A stretch of DNA of 64,000 nucleotides from Trichodelitschia bisporula (Eukaryota), in the NCBI GenBank assembly GCA_010356995.1, contig ML996708.1, positions 1 to 64,000 on the forward strand, in the 5' to 3' direction. The notes below the pieces were generated by a model. That model was not told the DNA's origin. It did no database searches and saw only the letters and a program-made list of their open reading frames with translations. The position numbers and the translations under genes were made by a program. Below, in pieces: positions 24,873-34,814 of the stretch (position 1 is its first letter; each line of letters begins with the position of its first letter).

Positions 24873-25371
24873 ACCCTTCCTCCCCACCCTTCCTCCCCAC
24901 CCAGCTAGTTCTAACAAGCACAGCCGCATCGACCTCCGCCCTTCCTCACCCACGTCCTCGCCCACCGCCCTCCCTCCGCCCCTCGACGACGTAGAGCATA
25001 ACAGCCGCACGCGCCGCCTGAGCGGTCTACTAGATAACATCCTCAATCCGCGGCATATGCAGGAAGCCTCGCCGGCGGAACGGATTGCGGCGCTGAGGAC
25101 GCTGCGCGAGCAGAGACGCGGGACGCCGGAGCAGGAGGCTGAGGCGCGGAGGCGGCGTAGGTTGACGATTCGGTTGCAGGATACGTTTCGGATTCGCACG
25201 AGGACGGGGTTGAGGGGGGGGAGTCCCGAGCGGGGCGGGAGTGCGGGGGAGGGGATGGGGATGGGAAGTGTGCCTGAGGAGGGTGCGCGGAGGGAAGAGA
25301 GCAGCACGGGGGGAGCGCAACCTGTTAGTGGGCCGTCTGCGAGCGGGACGCAGCCGTGGGCGCCGGTGTGA
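23661..25371 (+). CDS. Single-pass membrane RING-H2 E3 ubiquitin ligase with PA-like lumenal domain
   Basis: Signal [59 protein letters not shown]2 [28 protein letters not shown] is completed across intron 24797-24923. Confidence 0.88.
24811..24872 (+). repeat. Poly-C homopolymer (62 nt) inside an intron
   Basis: Uninterrupted C run between donor GTACGT (24797) and branch/acceptor CTAAC..CAG (24923). Confidence 0.9.
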
Positions 25372-25628
25372 GATTTACTTGGATCCGTGTATGCGTCTGT
25401 CTGTACTTTTTCCCATCCACTGTAGCTGGCGTCTGTTGGGCACATTCACGTGGAGTTGGGTCCGGAGGGGAAACGGGCATATACCTGGGGCTAGGCTAGG
25501 CTGGGGCTTGGGGGGGGGGTTGTACGAGGTACGGGGTACCAATATCATCTAATGAGGCTAAGGAGGCATTTGGTGCGAATGGGAACGTAGTATACAGAAT
25601 TCAGAAACCCGCTCTCTTTCTTGTCTGC

Positions 25629-26197
25629 TTACTCTCCTCCTCCACCGCCCATTACGAGCTGGAGCACGAGGAATATCGCGATGGCCCACCAGTACCTGTG
25701 CGTGTTAGCTTGTTCATGATAACGGCGGGTGTGCGCGTGGGCATGGAAACGCACTTCTGCAAGAAACTCCGCTGGTCCCCCTCGACCACCGCCTCCTCCC
25801 CATCCGCCGCCAGCACCGGCGGCTTATTAAACACCGGTTGCGGGCCCGCGACAACAGGCGCAAGCTCAATCATCCATTCCTCCTCCACATTCTTCACCGC
25901 ACTGCGCGGCGCGCCGGCCGCGAAACCGAAACCGACGATTGAGCCCGCCGCATCGCTGAAGAGGGTCAGATGCTTGGATACGCCCGGTGCGAGGGCGGCG
26001 GTGTCGACGGCGATGGTACTGGGACAGGAGGAGAGGGACAGCGGGATGGGGCCGGAGGGGAGGGAGGAGGCGGCTTGTGGGTTGGAGAGGAGAATGTGAG
26101 GGGGGGTGAGGGAGATGGTGCCCAGGGGTGTTGAGGCGGCGGATAGGGTGAGGGCGTGAGCGAGGGCGCTGAGGGTGAGGGTGAGGAGGAGGAGCAT
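25629..26197 (-). CDS. EMC10: ER membrane protein complex subunit 10-like
   Basis: Signal peptide; GPQPVFNKPPVL..QRSFLQK, an intron, then YWWAIAIFLVLQLVMGGGGE*, which is the EMC10-type SFLQKYWW + TM C-terminus. Confidence 0.7.
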
Positions 26198-27142
26198 TGC
26201 GGTGGGTGGTGGTGACGGGTGGTGGTGCTTGTGTTGCGTGTTGCTCTTGTCGCGCTGGGGAGTTCGGGGCTGGGCTCCGTTTTTCCGGGGTGGCTGATTG
26301 ATCAATTGTGGCGAGGGTACATGACGTTTAGGGGCTGGTGTCCAGCAACCTCATCTTTACCCTTCCATCCACCTATTCAATCATCCCTATCAATTCACGT
26401 CTCTTGTTCGCTCTTTACTTGCCTGTACCAGCTCGCAGTTACGCAGCGACATGCACGCTGTGCCAATGTCAATCGCCGAGCCCGCTGACAGTCAATGGAA
26501 GCATAAGCTCGACATGTGCGAAAGCCTACGGTATGATGTGAAGACTTGATGAAAGAAAAGAGAAGATGGTCGTGAGACGCTCAAGAAATATACACGATGT
26601 CTTCCGATGCTCCTTCCCCTCGTCATGAGCCCATTACATTATGTGCGCCCTGCCCCTTCCTCATGTCTATGTCAGCCGTAAGGTGAGTTTTCCTGACGCT
26701 GGCTGTCCACGCACACTGGCAGTGGGGAGTCGCTGAGATAGCTGTACAACCCATCGGTGGAACCGACCGAGAGCTTGAGCTTGAGCTCCGTACACTCCGA
26801 GGCTCGCTCGCCAGTTGGACAGCTCCAGTCTATAGACGGTCCAAACGAGCTTATAGGGGCTCCACGAGGCCAATATCCAGCTCTAGCATCGGATCATTTC
26901 GTGTTTCCCTGCGGAGGAGCTCGGGAATATGGACTCTGGCGAAGATGAGGAGGGGAAATTGAGTCTCTACATCCGCGGGAGCGATAGCGAAATCAACGGC
27001 GAGTTCGATTTTGATGGCCGTCAAAAATACCCATCAAGCAGTGCCATGAGCTCAAGCCAATGAACATGCGTCATTGCTGCATCGAACTGCAGAACTTCAG
27101 AGCTGACAGAAGAATGACGTCCACGAAGCCCTAGCTCCCATG

Positions 27143-27237
27143 CCCCACGTTGCCCCACAATACCCCGCGAACCCCGCGAACCCCGCGAACCTCTCTAACC
27201 ACGAATCCCCGCATTCCCCGATCAGCTTCATCCCCAC
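27143..27237 (-). promoter_or_regulatory. Cluster of CreA/Mig1-type SYGGRG sites upstream of pentulose kinase
   Basis: CCCCAC at 27143, 27153, 27232; CCCCGC at 27163, 27172, 27181 (9-bp tandem CCCCGCGAA x3) and 27207. Confidence 0.45.
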
Positions 27238-27280
27238 TCAAGCTCACTTTGGCTGACCTCACTTCTTCTCAATACCCTTT

Positions 27281-29122
27281 ATGGCCCACTACATCGGCAT
27301 CGACGTCGGCACGGGCAGCGCACGCGCCTGCGTCATCTCAGAGGCAGGCGACATCGTCGGGCTCGCATCGCACGACATCCAGAAGTGGAATGACAAGCAC
27401 GGATACTATGTACGCCGCTCCGCCCGCTCTCCGCTCACTCGGTACGTCTGACGCCCCAGGAACAATCCACGACGGACATCTGGGCCGCCATCGGGAAGGC
27501 CGTCCAGCAGGCCATCCGCGAGATAGACCCCACCTCCGTGTGCGGTATCGGCTTCGATGCAACATGCTCGCTTGCCGTCTTTACGCAGCAGGGCGAGCCC
27601 ATCTCCGTCACACCGCCCAACTTCAAGGTCGACGCCGACGCGCGCAACGTCATCCTCTGGCTTGACCACCGGCCCGAAGCCGAAACGGCCCTCATCAACA
27701 GAACGAACCACCCCCTCCTCAAATATGTCGGCGGCACAATGAGCATCGAGATGGAGATCCCCAAAGCGCTCTGGCTGAAAAACAACCTGCCGTCCGAAAC
27801 CTTCGCCAATGCCCGCTTCTACGACCTCGCAGACGCGCTCACCTTCCTCGCCACCGGCGACAACAGCCGCAGCTTCTGCTCCGCCGTCTGCAAGCAGGGC
27901 TACGTGCCTGTCGGCGTCGACGGTAGCGTCAAAGGGTGGCAGGCCGACTTTCTAACCTCCATCGGCCTTACTGAGCTGTGCGAAAACGATTTCGTCCGCA
28001 TGGGTGGTGTCAATGGCGTGGTATGCCCCTCCCTCCGCTCGTGCCCCGCTGACGTCCCAGAACGGCCGCTTCCTAACCGCTGGCGAGCCCGTGGGCAAGC
28101 TCTCCGAGACCGCCGCCGCACAGCTCGGCCTGCCCGCTGGCATCGCGGTTGGCAGCGGCGTCATCGATGCATACGCAGGCTGGATCGGGACCGTCGGCGC
28201 CAAGGTCGATATCGACCCGAAGTGGCGCGATGAGTCTCACGAGGCTGGCGACGTGAGCCAGGCGTTTACTCGCCTCGCCGCCGTAGCTGGCACTTCGACG
28301 TGTCACCTCGCCATGTCACCGGATCCGGTATTTGTGCCCGGCGTGTGGGGCCCGTATCGCGATGTGCTCATCCCCGGGTACTGGATGGCCGAGGGTGGGC
28401 AAAGCGCTACGGGTGAGCTGCTACAGCATATCATCATGCAGCATCCCGCTGCGAAAGAGCTTCTGATGGAGGCTGAAAGGGCGGGCCAGAAAGTGGTGTA
28501 CGAATATCTCAACGGGAAGCTCAAGAAAATGGCTGCAGACGCCGGGGCGCCGGACTGCAGCGTCTCATGGCTAGGTCGGCACTTTTTCTTCTACGGCGAC
28601 TTCTTCGGCAACCGCTCGCCAGTCGCAGATTCCAACATGCGAGGCTCAGTCACGGGACTGTCGAACGATATCAGCGTGGACAATCTGGCGCTGCAGTACT
28701 ACGGCACCATGGAATTCATCGCACTGCAGACGCGGCAGATAGTGTCGACGATGAACGATGCCGGCCACCGGATCCGCAGCATCTTCATGAGTGGCGGGCA
28801 GTGCCGCAACGATATCCTCATGGCTCTCATTAGCACGGCTTGTGACATGCCCGTCTTTATACCGCGGTATGTTGATGCTGCGGTGGTGCATGGTGCGGCG
28901 ATGCTGGGTGCCAAGGCGGCGAGTCATGCTGGTGGGCAGGGGGAGAGTCTCTGGGATATTATGGCGCGCATGTCGAAGCCAGGCTCGACTGTGTATCCTT
29001 CGTCGAATCTGACGGAAAGGAAGCTGTTGGATGTGAAGTATAAGGTGTTTTTGGAACAGTGTGAGCAGCAGCAGAGATGGCGACGCGAGGTGGACGAGGC
29101 GCTTGCAGGGACGAAGCCTTAA
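27281..29122 (+). CDS. FGGY-family pentulose kinase (D-ribulokinase, YDR109C-like)
   Basis: MAHYIGIDVGTGSARA, EQSTTDIW, GIGFDATCSL, ILWLDHR, AVAGTSTCH, EGGQSATG, GNRSP. Two short introns (~27410-27459, ~28022-28060). Confidence 0.92.
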
Positions 29123-29299
29123 CTGGAGTAAACGCATGGCGCATGCTAAAGCTGCTCCAACCTATGGACGATCAAGTTCTACTAATACATACTTGGAATC
29201 CATACTGCTAAGTCATTGCATTTTTGACCCGGTTTCCGCTCCTGCTAAACCTCGCCTCAGGCCGATAGCCAGCAAAGGCCAACCCCACGAAAAGCCAAC

Positions 29300-30360
29300 C
29301 TAGTTACCCGGCAGCGCCTCCGGCACCGGCGCCTTGTCCAGATTCTGGGACACCGCCTGCCACCCCATGTCCTTCGCCCCCGGCTCGGTGAAGAAAGCCT
29401 TCGCGGACGGATCACCGCGCAGCTGCCACTTCCACCACTGACTCCCAGCCTTGCCATACTCACCCCCCGCAGGCCGGCAAAACGTGCCCCCATGCCCGCT
29501 CTCCACATTCCCCTTCCAGGCCGGCAGGCCCTTCGGCAACGCATTGTAATCCGCGGTGCCCTGCACCCGTCAGCCTTGTCTTGTCCCAATCTTCCGCTCT
29601 ACTCGGCTCACCTGCGCATACGCGATATCCGTCTTCCCCCCCAGGAAATACGCAATCGGCTTGCTGAACTTGGGCACCACCTGCCGCTGCGCCGCATTCA
29701 ATGCCCCGGAATTAAAAATCCCGACCGCCGTCACCCTCTTGTCACCTTCCACCTCATACGCCACAAGCCCACCACAGCTCTGCCCCGAGATACCAACCCT
29801 CTTCCCGTCCACTTGCGCATAAGCCCCCTTCCCCGCATTCGCATTCACCCAATCCAGCGCCTTCTTCATCAGCGCCGCCGTGTCCCTGCTCCGCCCATTC
29901 GGCGCCCCATCCGCAATGACCAGCATCCCGTGGCTCGCCCACTCCACCAACGGACTCAACCACGCGACGCCATTCCCGCCGCACCCGCCGTTCGCCCAGA
30001 GGACGACGGGGAGTTTAACGCCGGCCGGGATGGTCTTGGGGAGGTAGAGTGTGTGGTCCGGGAGGCTGGCGTCGGTGGTGTACCATGCGGGCTTGTATTT
30101 GCCGGTCCCGTAGGTGCCGTCGACTTTTTCGTACTATGGGTGTTAGTTTTAGGGGGGAATGGGGGAGGGGGGCGGGGGGGCGGGGAAGGTACGGTTTGGG
30201 GCGTGGCGTTGGGTTGTGTGAACATGTTTGTGCAGGCGGTTATGTTCCTGGAGGGCAGGGGTCCGTCGGTGGGGTCTACGACGGCATTGGTGTCGATGGG
30301 TGTGGCAATAGCCGAGGACGCTGCAAGGAACGCGGCCCAAAAATGAGTGGAGGTCCGCAT
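29300..30360 (-). CDS. Secreted alpha/beta hydrolase (chlorophyllase/cutinase-like), paralog A
   Basis: Signal MRTSTHFWAAFLAASSAIA; LPVVLWANGGC, ASHGMLVIADG, nucleophile elbow GQSCGG, IFNSG, GGKTDIAY, GHGGT; two introns. Confidence 0.8.
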
Positions 30361-31050
30361 GTTTGTGGAAGGAATGAAGGACGTGAATGGACCTTTGTGA
30401 GACTTGCTGGCTTTCTATTTCCCGAAGTCGAGCCTCATATCTTTCTTACTGCTAGGAATTGCCGATTCTGGCCCATCTCGGATATTCCGAGCGCAGCACG
30501 TAGGCTATGGGTAATGAAGCTTTGATGTTCGAGGGAAATATTCCCGAAATAGGGATGCAATACGGGAGACCTCCGGGGAACTCGACGCACTATGAATGGT
30601 TGCGCGGTTCTTTACTTGTTGCGAATCTCAAAAGTGCGATGGAAGAAGTAAAGACGCTGTGCAGAGCGAATTGTGCTGCTCGAAGCTGTGCCATCAGCAA
30701 GTCAGCCTTGGAGCAGATAAAGTGGTCCCAAATCCCTCTCTCGGCATCATCCTCCCGGTCCAACCCCAGCAAGGCTGTCCCGAGATCAGAGTACCCGAAT
30801 CTCGGTAAAGCAGATCTGCGAACCACTTCCGCGGGAAAGCAATCTAACCCAAGATTGGAAATCCGAACAGCTGGGGCTTGTCAGTTCCGCGCCATATAAC
30901 ATATTCGACACCACACTCGTGATATCCGAGGGTACAACCTCCACCACCGGAAAATCCGCCTACCATGCAAACCCACCCTCTACAAAACACCCCTCACTCA
31001 CGAACCATCCACCCCATCCAACCCCATCTACCTCCTCACACTCCTTCAAA

Positions 31051-32170
31051 ATGCACACCTCAACCCTCACTCTTTTGACCCTAGCCCTCACCGCCGCCGC
31101 CGCCCCCCAAGCGCCCGGCGGCTTCGGCGGCCTGCCTCAATCAGGCGGCGTGCCCAAGTCCGGTGGTTCTCCAAAGGGTGGCGCCGGTGGCTTCGACATC
31201 ATGGGCATGCTTTCCGGCCTCCGAGGCGGCGCCCCCGGTGCCCAACCCGGCGGGCAAATCAACTCGCCCGAAGCCATGAAGTCCCCCGGCACCGGAAAGT
31301 ACCCAGCCGTGCGTCCCAGCCCCCCCTCTCTCCACCGCCTAACCCCCTAGACCTACTACGCCATCGACTCCCTCCCGCAACACACCATCTACGCCCCCAA
31401 GACCATAACGCCTGGCCTTAAGATCCCAGTGCTGGTGTGGGGCAACGGCGGCTGCCTCAACGTCGGCACAATCATGGCGCCCTTCCTCATCCAACTCGCC
31501 TCCCAAGGCGTGCTGGTCATCGCCAACGGCCCGCCCGCCGACCCCAACGCCGCCGGCACATTCGCCTCCTTCGGCGCCGCGGGACAGGCCAAACCCACCG
31601 CCATGGGCGACAGCCTGACGTGGGTAGCCGCGAACGCAGGCAAGGGGAACTGGACGCACGTCGACGGGACCCGGATCGCGGCCGCGGGGCAGAGTTGCGG
31701 CGGCGGTGACGTGTACCGCGTGGCGACGGACCCGCGGGTTAGCGTACTCGGGATATTCAACAGCGGGACGATGGGGGGGTTGGTGCAGGGGAAGGTGGAG
31801 GGGTTTGCGAAGCCGATTTTTTACTTTTTGGGGGGGCCGTCGGATATTGCTTATAAGAATGTGAGTTTGACTGAGGACCCTGGGGGGGGGGATTGTTGCT
31901 GATGAGTTGTAGGGCAAGGGGGATTATGCGAAGTTGGCACCTGAGGTGGTGAGTTGGCTGGGGAATTGGGCGAAGACGGGGCATGGGGGGACGTATAATG
32001 AGATGAACGGGGGGGAGTATGGGGTTGCGGCATCCAGGTGGGTGAATTGGGTGCTGCGCGGGGATACGTCGCAGGCGGCGTGGTTTACGAGCGGTGGAGC
32101 GGAGAAGGACGGTTGGACGGAGGTTACGCATCGGAATATGGATAAGTTCAAGGCTCCGGCGAAGATCTGA
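31051..32170 (+). CDS. Secreted alpha/beta hydrolase, paralog B
   Basis: Signal MHTSTLTLLTLALTAAA; Gly-rich linker; IPVLVWGNGGC, GQSCGG, IFNSG, GGPSDIAY, GHGGT; introns ~31309-31350 and ~31861-31912. Confidence 0.8.
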
Positions 32171-32368
32171 GGGGGAAGGGTCGTGCTTGGGGAGATACTG
32201 AAGCGGGACTGTCGGGGGGCTTGATTCTGAGGTCAATGGTACTGCGGAAAATGGACATGGTTACATTTCGTCTGCGCCTCGGTCAAAGATAGCTCAAGAT
32301 GATTTGGGTCGTACCGAGTACATATGCCGTACCACAAGCTCACCGCGAGCCTTATCAACCCGACCATC

Positions 32369-33166
32369 TCAATCCGCAACCGTCAACCCATACCTCCTCG
32401 CATTAACCTTCGCAAACTGCACCCCCGCCGCCCAATGAAACAACCTCGCATCCACCACAAACCCCTCCTCCGCAAACCCCTTGAGCCTCTCATACAGCCC
32501 ATCCACCTCCACAACCACCCTCTCAATAAACTCCCCCTCCTCCAACTCTTGCTTCGGTAGTTCCTCCCCCATCCCCACGCCCTCAACCTCCAAAACCGCA
32601 AACTGCATATTCGCCGTGCTCATCCCGGGATCACTCGCCACAACCGGCGTCATCTGCACCACCCGCCCCTTCAGTCCAGTCTCCTCCCTCAACTCCCGCA
32701 CCGCCGCGTCCTCCACGCTCTCCCCCCCGTCCACCAGGCCGGCGGGAAATTCAACGCACACGGCTCCCAGTGCGGGCCGAAATTGCTTCACGATGATGGT
32801 CCGGGTAGGCTGACCTGGCCCGAGGAGGAGGGCACACATGGCGACGGCGTCGACGCCGGATGCACCCCGTGTTGTGCGGGCGGCGGCTTCCCAGACGCGT
32901 GGTTTCCCGGTTTGATCCGTCCAGTCTATTTTCTGGAATTGGATCCAACGCGCCTGGTCCGCGGGGAGGGGCGAGACGCGGTCGATGCGCGGGAGCGGCG
33001 CGTTTGCGGAGAGAGGCTGGTCTTGCGCCATTGCGTGGAGGCGCAGTGCAGTGGATGTGAAGCCTCGAGAGGAAGCTCGAGATGCAGCGCGATAATTGGC
33101 AAGGCTGTACCTGAACGTGTGGCGGTGGAAGTGGGCGCGCAGACGCAGATGCAGGTACGAGGGCAT
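32369..33166 (-). CDS. YSA1: Nudix hydrolase, ADP-ribose pyrophosphatase (Ysa1/NUDT5-like)
   Basis: Nudix box GLVDGGESVEDAAVRELREETG; KQFRP; SDPGMS; VDARL. Second in-frame ATG at 33031. Confidence 0.85.
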   Translation of the reverse strand: MPSYLHLRLRAHFHRHTFRYSLANYRAASRASSRGFTSTALRLHAMAQDQPLSANAPLPRIDRVSPLPADQARWIQFQKIDWTDQTGKPRVWEAAARTTRGASGVDAVAMCALLLGPGQPTRTIIVKQFRPALGAVCVEFPAGLVDGGESVEDAAVRELREETGLKGRVVQMTPVVASDPGMSTANMQFAVLEVEGVGMGEELPKQELEEGEFIERVVVEVDGLYERLKGFAEEGFVVDARLFHWAAGVQFAKVNARRYGLTVAD

Positions 33167-33948
33167 GGTGGAGAGGTCGAGGTTGGATTGAGGCGGGGTG
33201 GCTTGGCGAGGTTGGGGAGGATGCCAAGGCTGGTGGGGGCTGGGGGCACGGGCCGCGGCTTGGGAGGTGCGGCCCGGTGGTGGGGCGGGGTGGCGCGTTG
33301 GCGGGACAGCGTTGGCGGGGGTTTGCTTGGGGGGTGTGCCGTACCCTACGGTAGGGCTGAGGGTGCGGGGGATCGTGGTGCTTGTGCTCGGTGTTTGAGA
33401 GTGCGGATACTATCGTGGTGCGGGCACTATGTGGGGCCGAGGTGAGCTTGTCTTGAGCTCAGTGTGCGAGGGGAATTGATTGCGCAATATCGCCGTTCCA
33501 GGTTGTGCCCCGGAACTGGTTCAGCCTCGCGATGGTACAACGTCAACACCAATGCGACTCCGCCGAGGCAACATTATCTATCACGACCATTGCTCCTGCA
33601 ATGCAACTCCGCTCATTCGTATCAACTGCTTCTTGTCCTTCGTATTTCGAGCGCCACCATGCAATCCCTCCGGGTGATGCTTCCCCAAAAATTATCGCGG
33701 TGGTTGACTTTCTTCGCGGAGGCTGGGTGAGGCGGGCGAGGCTGCTGGGGAGGCTGAACGAGCCACCCAGGGTCGGTATATTAGGATCAATGAAGTCGGA
33801 CTCGAGAAAGCATCAATCCACAGCTCAGCATCTCCAACACCAACACACTCCAGCTTCACTCTCAGTTCTCACTCTCCCAACTTTCTACTCTTCCACATTC
33901 CAATCCAACTTCTACCACCCAAACCCCCAACCCACACCTCCAGCCAAA

Positions 33949-34500
33949 ATGTTCTCCCTTACCGCCCTCGCCCTCACCCTCGCCCTCACCACCCTCACCT
34001 CGGCGCGCCCCTCGCACTTCAGCAACAGCACAATCCCCGACCCCATCTTCCCCGAATCCGAGTGCTCCACCCTCTACTCCACCTCCAGCTGGGAATACAC
34101 GACCGTTATCCCTCACATCGCCACCACAACCATCTGGTCCACCAGCACCTCAACCGCGTCCTACACAACCACCTACCCCACCCTCGTCGTCAACACCCGC
34201 GCCGTCACTTCCTCCACCACCAGCTGCATTACAACCTCCTACCCGATCACTGTGTGGGTGACGACGGAGATCGAGACCGTGGTGCCGGTTGTGAGCTCCG
34301 AGTCGTGTACGGAGACGAGCTATGTCACGGATATTGCGAAGACGGCGATTGTGACTTCGGTGCCGAGTGTTACGAGCTGCACGGAGTTTGAGACTGTGTG
34401 CTCGACTACTAGCACGGTTATTGCGACGACTACTTGCACGCCTTGCGATCCGCCGGTTGTGCCGACGAGCCCGCCCCGCCCGCACGCCATCCGGTACTAA
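33949..34500 (+). CDS. Small secreted Ser/Thr/Cys-rich protein (183 aa)
   Basis: AAAATG start, signal MFSLTALALTLALTTLTSA, Thr/Ser/Val-rich body with spaced Cys, no GPI-like tail. Confidence 0.65.
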   Translation: MFSLTALALTLALTTLTSARPSHFSNSTIPDPIFPESECSTLYSTSSWEYTTVIPHIATTTIWSTSTSTASYTTTYPTLVVNTRAVTSSTTSCITTSYPITVWVTTEIETVVPVVSSESCTETSYVTDIAKTAIVTSVPSVTSCTEFETVCSTTSTVIATTTCTPCDPPVVPTSPPRPHAIRY

Positions 34501-34814
34501 GTTCGCCAGAGTGACGCTTGGATTTCCGCTCGACACTGATGGGATGACTTGATGGAATGGACGCACCTGATGAACTTCAATGATGCGCAATGATGAGACT
34601 GATGTTTGACGCGACGGCATGGACGGGGAGGGGCGTTTGGGTTGGCTTTTGGGTTTCCTACAAAACATGGCGCAAATGAGAGGCTCACGATCTGGTAATG
34701 GGTAATTGGGCGATACCTTCCTGTAAATATTGGAAGACGAATGAAATCCTGAACAATGACTAGCTTTTTGCTCCTGCTTGCGATGTGATGCTGATCTCAC
34801 CCCTCCGCCTTCGC

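Noticed and set aside
24797..24908. Poly-proline and poly-glycine stretches in several ORFs
   Set aside because: Translations of the intronic poly-C tract; splicing restores the RING CPLC.
34530..34610. TGATGA/CTGA motifs resembling a C/D snoRNA
   Set aside because: Boxes are too close together and there is no terminal stem; looks like TGATG microrepeats in a 3' UTR.
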